Source: a virus (lineage: Duplodnaviria; Caudoviricetes). Taken from it: 64,000 nt of DNA. Positions 27,501 through 36,500 of the stretch are shown piece after piece; the stretch's first letter is position 1, and each line of letters begins with the position of its first letter. The stretch spans positions 1-64,000 of the IMG/VR virus record IMGVR_UViG_3300028640_000004; one strand, given 5' to 3'. Below the pieces are notes generated by a model that was not told where the DNA came from, ran no database searches, and saw nothing but the letters and a program-made list of their open reading frames with translations. Made by a program: the position numbers and the translations under genes.

Positions 27501-30500
27501 GGGCTTTAGATAAGTTTCCAGAAATAGATAAGGCAAAAGGTGTTCTCTCTGATATAGAAAGAAAGAATGTAGCAGCTAGAGATGCCTTTATAAAAAAATA
27601 TAGTAAGCCAGATAGTATGGTTACTCTTCATAAGACTAAGGATTTCTTTGATCTTATGTTCGGAGAGAAGGGTTTCTTGACTAAATCAAGATCATTAAAG
27701 TTTAGAGATGAGTTTAAGATTAATGAACTTGCCATAGGTAAGAGTAGGAATAATTTCTTATTTAACCTAATAAACAACGATAAGAACAATGTAACTAGAG
27801 TTAATTCACGTGTCTTTAATGAAGTAAAAGACGGTTCTTATATTATAGTAATTACAAAAGATGGAGTTAGACATGTTGGTGAAGTTATTAATGTAACTCC
27901 TACTGAGAAAGTTGTTAAAGTTAAGGATACTATTACAAAGGAAGAGGTTGATGGTAATGGTATTATTAAATTAGCACAAGATACTGATGATGGACGAACT
28001 ATTAAAGAACTAAAATCTGAAGATATAGTATCTATAGACGAAGTTATCAAGGATGAGCTTGATGATATAGATTTTATCTGGAAAGATTCTAATGTAGATA
28101 AGACAACTAAAGCATTTAAAGCAAAACAAACTTGGAATTGGTTAGTAAATAAAGGAGATAGGATTAAGGATTGGTTTACTTTAGGTGTGTCATTAGAAAA
28201 GATGCCGTTCTGGATGAGAGGTACTATAAACGACTTTATAGATAAAGCTGGGTTTTCTGCTATTCAAAAAGCATTTTTAAAGTCAGAGGAATTATATTCT
28301 TACTTCGGTAAGTTATACGACGATATTAATTATGAACCCTTAAAAAGAAAAGAGTGGAGTATTAAAGATAATGAATATAAAACTCTTGACTGGAATCAAT
28401 ACCTAGATGAGAAAGGTGAAGTACAACTTAAAACCAGTGTAACTAAAGAAGAAGTTATTAAGAACAAGATTAAATCATTAATCGTATCGCCACATACAGC
28501 TACTGATGCAGACTGGGATGCACTTAAGAAGTTTGATATATATCCAGCCGACTTAAAGGATGCGATTAATAAGTTATTCATTAGAATTGCTAGAGGGGAT
28601 GATGTATCCAAGCTTATTATAGAGCGAAATGATATTCTGTCTGAGCTTGTAGGTATAATAGATCCTAATACCGTACACGAAAAAGCCTTAAGGAATGCTG
28701 GGATGTTTTCTATTGAGAAGGAGAAGTTATTAAAGCATCTACCTAATGATTTAAAAGAGAAAGTAATTAATTGCTCTGAAGAATATCATAAACTTATAGC
28801 TAATAGGGAGTTTGATGAAATTACAAAGAATTATGCAGTAGCAGAATTAATAAGTAGAGGTTATTCTACTGAGATAATTAATGAGGCTGAAAAAGTAATA
28901 CACCTTTATGATAAGTTTATTCATCAGATGCGTGAGAAGGCCTTATCTATTAAGGATGTTATTACTATTCATATATCTAATGCTATAGATATAAGACTCG
29001 ATGATACTGTAAAGGAACTTAACCTGGAGCTTATAGACGAGAAGGTTATTCCTAGACATCTACAAGTTGTAATAGACGATAAGGTTGTTATGGAATTTGA
29101 ACCCGGAACACAAAAGACTGAGATAATAGAATATCTTGGAAGACTTAACTTTAATCAAAAGAAAGGTACTGTTAATAGTGAAGAAATATTAGATGGTAAC
29201 GATACTGTTGATCTATTAAGAAAACTTTATAAGGAAAAAATAAACTCTAAGGGTTCTTCTGATATAGCAAGTTTATTCGAGGAGTTTAGGTTATTATCAG
29301 AGAACGAAAAGATTGTTGGAGATGAACTATTAGATAGGTTCATAGCTTATATAGAAACATACAGAAGTTTACTATCATCTGACATCAATAACTTTAGTGA
29401 GCTATTGGCTATTTCTAATAAGTTAATAGAGTCTCAAAAAACAAATGCTAAGAACGACTTTAGGAACAGGGTATTAAATAAGCTTAATAACACAACTAAA
29501 GGAGGGGCTGGTGTATTTGGTGATATTAAAAATATCGATGAGAATCTAGCTAAGGACCTATATAGAGTAACAGAGCTTGACGATATAGGATTAGAACATC
29601 TAACAAACTCTCTTATTAAGAAGTTTAATAACAAGAAGTATCTTAAAGTTAAAGAACACAATAAGATACTTGTTCTTGATATAGAAACTACAGGACTTGA
29701 TGTAGGTAAAGATAGGATGTTAAGTATTGGCTGGAGCATCATAGATAAGGATGGAAACATTATAAAGGATTCAACTAAGTCATATCTTATAAAGCCTGAT
29801 GAAGATACTAGAGAGATCGTAACTTCAGGAGCAGCTGATGCTGCTTTAGCAAAAAATGGATTAAGTTTAGATAAGTTAGACGTTGAAGGCAATCCTGATT
29901 TATCTACAGTTTTAAAAGAACTTAATAACGATATTAAAGATTGTGAAGCCGTTATGGGTCACAATTTAAAAGAGTTTGATCTTCAAGTACTTAGGAACGA
30001 ATACTCAAAGGCAGAAATGAAGAATAACTTTGAGAATAAAGATGTCTTAGATACTTTACATATAATCAATCCAGCTAAAGCTAAAGGAAAGAAAAGTCTT
30101 GAAGAACTTTACCGTGCTTATATTAGAGATGACTATGTAGAGACACATGATTCTAAGCAAGATGTATTAGATCTTATTGATCTGTATAAGAGAGCTAAAG
30201 AAACTGGTGATCTATCTAAGTCTGTTACGTCTGAGGTATCTAATACTATTAGAAATAACGTTAGTAAACTTAGTCTAGTAGTAAGAAGCCTTGATATAGA
30301 AGGCGGTCTTCCTGTTGGAAACATTGGACACTATGCAGCTACTACTTCTAAGAAGAATATAGAAGAGATAAGAAAAGTTAAGGCTGATAATCTATTCACA
30401 CAAGTACAAGAATTCTTATCTCAAGATATAGTTAGCGTTGTTAAAGAGCTTAACAGAAGTAGAAAGATGATGTCTGATATCTTTAATAAGCAAAAGCATT

Positions 30501-33500
30501 ATAAGAAGAGAGATAGTCTTAAGAACTTTCCTAATTCAGATGTATCGCTTAAGGACTTAATGTACGAGAAGACATCTATAATTAGGGAAAAGAAAGCTGA
30601 ATTAGATGAGCTTAACGAAGGACTTAAGGTTGCTAAACCTAACGACAAAGAAGCTTTAGGACTTAAGATAAAACAACTTAAGGAAGAATTAAACAAACTA
30701 TTAGATGAAAGAGTTGAAAGCAAACTCTTTAAAGAATCTGATGGTATTGTTTCTGTTCCTATGAATTATGGAACTACTGCTGAAGAGGTAGCTAAACTTA
30801 AAGAGTTATACGATCAAGGAAATAGATTTATAGTATTAGTTCCATATGCATTTAGAAGATTTCAAGGAGTTAGAATACCTGCCATAGATGCACTTAATAC
30901 AATTGGGGCAGTAGAAGAGTTTAGTATGTCTAAGAAAGGCGGTAAGGCATATGACTTTTATGTAGCTGATATAAAGAACAACTTACTTATGCCAGGTGAC
31001 TATGCTGAACTAGATAAAGTATTAGCTAGTATGGCAGAAGCAGACATAAAGAAGTTAGATCTTCTAACTAAAGCATATGTATTGGCTAGGCCTAGTAAAA
31101 GAACAGCTCTTATAAAAATATATAGAGCATATTTTGAAGACTTAAAAGCATTAAGAGCTAGAGGCGTGCTTGATACTAGTGACAATAAACTTAAAGCATA
31201 CAATAAGATTATTGGAAAATTAGAGAATGATGCAGAAGATTTCTTTGGTGTTAATGCTGACGAGATAGTTGGAGAGCATAGGTTATTACAGAACCTAGAA
31301 GATGCAGACGAAATGATTATGCGTATTACAGATAAGGATAATATAAATAAGGATTCATATGCTTTAGATTTAAAGAAACTAGCTATGCTTCAGGATATAG
31401 AAGAAGTCTTTAATATAAATGAACTATATAGTCTTAGCGATATCTTAGAAGTTAAAAATAAAACAGATGTTCATAGCGCATTAACATTACTGAATGAGGT
31501 AGTTACTTCAAACGATGAGGCAAAACTAGAAATGTTACATAACAATCTTCTTGAGTTCCTTAAGCCTGAAAGTATGGAGGTTGATCAAGTAAAGGATATT
31601 AGCTTTAAGGTATGGTACAATAGACACGGTAAAAAACTATTTAAGGATGAAGTAACCTTTGAAGATCTAAATAAGGAAAAGAACTTAAAGAAATTAGATA
31701 AAGCTAGAGATAATTATGCTAAGTTCAGAGACCTTAATATTCCTAAACCTAAAGAAGTATGGTTTGAGTTTATGAAGGAAAACAATAAAGCCTTCAATAA
31801 CCAGTTTGGAAGCAAGAGCATTAAAGATCCTGAAGTAAATGAAGCTTATCTTGATTACATAAAAGGTGACCCTAGTGGGGTAGGTAAGGCTTATGAGAAA
31901 AGTTCTGAACTTACGGTTGGAGCTGAAGAAGTAGGCCCTCAATACAATGAAGATGGAATTGAAAAAGGACGTGGTCAATTAGAAGAAGCTTATCTTATTA
32001 AAAGAATTAAGGAGATTTTAGATACCACCAAGGAAACAACTAGCTTAGATGTATTGGGAGATATAGGAATTAAGATAGGACATAAGACATCTAAAAGAAT
32101 TAGTAAAGATGGCTTTCTTGGTAGGGAGCACAAGGTTGATCTTGCTGCTGTCTATGACAATAGAGTAAATTCAATAAGTGAATTATCTTTAGTTGCAAAG
32201 AAACCTCTTGAAGATATTCAATTCAAGTCTACTTTAGAAGGTGGTCAGATTTATAATTCTGTATATGGAAAAGATAAGACGGATAATGTTATTTACATAG
32301 TTCCTACTATAAAAGATAAGATTACTGAGGTCGGAGAATTAAAACCAAGACAAGACTTTAAAGAAGGTGACCTTGTTATAGTTAATGAGACTAGAGAGAA
32401 ATTAATACCAGAGAAAGTTGATTGGGAGGATTATGAGTTTGATAATGAAGAAATAAAACTAGAGGTTATTAGAACTGGAAGAATGTCTTATACTGAACTT
32501 AATGATGTTTATTATAAGATTCCATATACAGATGCTATTAAGCTTAATACTATAGATAAACTCAAAGAAAGGTTAAGTAATATATATAACAAAATATCTT
32601 CTGGAAAAAAGCCATTACCATTAGATTTTAAGTTTATAAAAACAGGAACAAAGGCAGAAATGGATTATGTTAATAGCGTTATTACAGACATTAAGAAGTT
32701 GTATTATTCTGATATATACGTAAAAGGAAAATCTGACAAAGAAATACAAGAAGGACTTTCTAATATTTCTAAGAACGTTAATCAAAAGATTAATGACTGG
32801 TCTTATATGAAGAAAGATATTCTTAAAAAGAATAAGAAGAATCTTCTTAAATTAACTGATCCTAACATTGAAAAGAAAAAGGAAGTTATTGATAACGAAA
32901 TAAATGAATCATTATCAAAAGAAAGAAATAAGGATGATTTATATAATCTATACAAAGTAGATAAACAAGGAAACTTAGAACATCTTAACAAGGCTACAAT
33001 TAAAGACATTAATTCATTAGTAAAAGAAAATATTGATGAAACAAAGTCTTATCAGGTTATAGACAGTCTCTATGACGAGAGAAGTAAGCCTGAAAATATC
33101 TTTGGTGATGCTCCTGTAATAGAAACTATTAAGCCTCCTAAGTGGGATTATAAGAGTGATATTATTACAGATGAGTTGCCTATTACTAATGAGTTATCTT
33201 TCCTTAAGATTACTGATAAAGGAAACGAATTAATTACTATACAAGGAAGAGATAAGATCTTCTTTAAGAATACCGTGGAATCTGATAGAGCTGCTGGTAA
33301 TAACAGAGGTTTTGGAAAACCTAAGATAGAGAATACTTCGTATAGATTTGAAACTGTTAAAAGTCCTGATGGTTCAAAAGAAGTACATGTTGAGAAGTAT
33401 ATAATTATAGATGTTATATCTGAGACACGAGAAAAGGAATTGATTGCAAGTATTAATAAACTTAAAAAAAGGCCGAAGAGTAATAAGAAAGAGATAAGTA

Positions 33501-36500
33501 GATTAGAGCGTGATCTTAAAGCTGAATTAGAATGGCGGGATGCGATCAGAGAAAAGGTTGATGGGTTAACTATACCTACGTATGAAGTTGATTCATTATC
33601 AGATGTAAGCATAAACGACATTGATACTATTAAGGGAATAAGAGGACACTTCTTCAATAGAGAAAAAGGAGTTACCTTTAGTAATAACAAGAAGTTTAAT
33701 TCATCATTCTTTAATCGCAACATTTTAACTGAGGTTGAATCACAGACAATAAGGGGAATAAATAAGACATATAAAGTAATTCAAGATACTCTTAGGGCTA
33801 AGAGAACTCCTGGTTATGCCGGTATATTCCCTAAGGCTGATCCTGCTTTTACAGATGTGCTTGGTATGGAAGATAGTATTAAGAAACTTACTAGTTCCAT
33901 CTTAAAGTATGAACAGAAAGTTAATCTAGAAGATGTGCTAGTTGGTTTGATGTTTGAAGAAAAGAACTTTGTTAAACCTTGGAAAGATAAAGAGGTATTG
34001 GTACTGGTTAACAAAGAACAAAGAGGAATTACAAAAGAGTTTAGAGATGCAGTTGATGAACTTGAAGGTACCGATACAGTGTTTATATTTCCTACAGGAG
34101 AGCTATCTAATATAGAGATAGCAATGCAGGAGTATATTGTAAACAAAGGACTTAAAGTAGAGAGGCGAGCTATAGAAGATAGACCAATTATAAAACCGAA
34201 AGAAGAACCTATTGAAGGAACTCCAGATGTAATAAAGCAACAAGATGAAGTACTTGCCAGGGCTAGTTATGTTCTATATATGGGTAATCCTTATAAGGAT
34301 TTACAGTCTATATCAGAAGTATCTAAAGTACTTAAAGATGCAAGAGAAGCTGGTACTATAGTCTACTCTACCAATAAAGCAAAGAAAGAACAGCTTAAAG
34401 CTATCAAGGCTTTCTTTGGAGATCCAGAGACAACTAGAGCAGCCTATAAGATGCCAAGCCTTCCATTAAGATTAGAGCTTAAGGAAGGAATGAGATCTGT
34501 AGAAGAGGCTACTAGAAAGATTATTCTTGCTTCGATGAGAAGAGAATTTAGGGAGGAGTGGTATAAATGGAAGCAAGCTGCAATAGATCAATATAGAGAA
34601 GAGTTGGTAAACAGGTTTAGACAGACCGGAGCTTTCTCTGATAATAAAAGGAATCTTGCTATAGCCGAACAGATAGTAGAACTCAAAGTCAAAGAGCTTG
34701 AGAAACAACTTAAGGGTATTGAAGATAATATACTTAAATGGAAAGGGTCTCAACCTATAACAGATAAGATACTTATCAAGACAAAGAAAAATATCTTACA
34801 AAATTTATATAAGGATATAGCTAGAGAGAAGAAAGATATATCTGCATTTAATGGTTATCTTAAGACTGGTGTACTTCCATCGAAGAAATATGGACTTGTA
34901 AGAGATTCTATTCTATTAATGAGAAAGGCATTGGGTATACCAGGACATCTACAGAAAGCATTTATTACTTTCGTCTTAGTATTAAGACCGGCTTGGTATA
35001 TAAACAATGCTAACGAAGATCACTTCAAACAGTTCATTATAGAAAAAGATCTTAAATCATTAGCTAAATCTTACTCATTGACAGTTAAGCTATATGCTAA
35101 GTTCGGTAAGTTAATAACTAAGAACGCCTTAAAGGATACTGCAAATCTTAAGAAAATATTAGCAGATGATCTTAAGAAACAGTATAAGCTAGGCTTAATA
35201 AGCAAGGAACAATTCAAGCTTATGACAAAGCAACTTGAAGGTGATTCCTTTGATGCATTACAAATATTAAGAGCAGAGACGGGGAAAGAAGCTAAAGATG
35301 TTGCTGACTTAATAGATAAGCAGAAAGATTTTATAGTCATTAATGGTGTTACAATTACTAGGAGTGATATAGAATATATGCTTAACTCTGGTGTTATGGA
35401 AACATTTACCAGTGCATCTGAAGCTAAGTTAAAAAAGAACATTGCTTCTGATCAAAGAAGTGGATTTGGAAATGTGATAGCTAAAGCTAGTGAGTATCAG
35501 GATAATCTTAAGTTCTTTGCTAGTGAAACAGAAAGAATGAGAAGAGGAGTCGTATTACTTAGGATATTACAGAAACAAACACAAGATATGGTTGCTGGCG
35601 CAGTCTTTGATCCTACTACAGGAAGATCTATTATTAAAGATTTCTTCTTTGATTATAGAGATCTTAATAGGGCAGGAATGTTATTCAGAAAGATATTTCC
35701 ATTCTTTAGTTATAGTTACTTCTCAGTAGTATTGTACCTTAAACTGCTTTATAAATATGAGGGGATCAGAGCCTTTAATGCTGGTGTTGCTTTACTTGAG
35801 GTATGGGAAGCTAATACACAAGAACTCTCAGATGAATATAAGGATAGATGGGCTATGCAGTTAGGTGGTAAAACTTACTTAGTTAAGATTCCTTTATCTG
35901 CTTTCGAAGTAGTTAAGTTATTCCAAGATCCAGTAGGAGCTATAGAGAAGTCTGTTGAGAATCCATTTAAGAGTCTGATGGGATTATCATTCGGTCCATT
36001 CGTTGGAACTGCCGTTGAAGAGATAACAGGTAAAGATTACTTTACTCCGAGTAGGATACAATTAAGAAAACTTGGATGGTCTCATGATGAGATAGAGGAA
36101 GAGATTAAGAAATATAATAAAGAGAAGAAGGATGAATCTTTAATTGATAAGAGTTGGAACTTAATGAGTTCTATAGTTCCACAAGCTTCGTTAATTAATG
36201 ACCTGTTCTTTAGAGCTGATGTAGGATATGAGCAAACAGGCAATCCTTTAAAGAGTAAGAAGTTTAGAGAACTTACTAAGTTCTTCGGTATAAATATCAT
36301 GACACTTACAGACGTAGATAAGCTTAGGAATAAGATATATTCTATGCCACCTTCTGTAAGGAACTTCTACTTAGATAAAATAAAGAAAGAAGATCCTGAA
36401 TTATATGATGAGTTCAATAGGCAATCTAGAATTGGATTCGAATTAAATCTTTATAATGAAGGTAAATCACCTAATGAGATTAGAGCGGCTGTTATGAAGA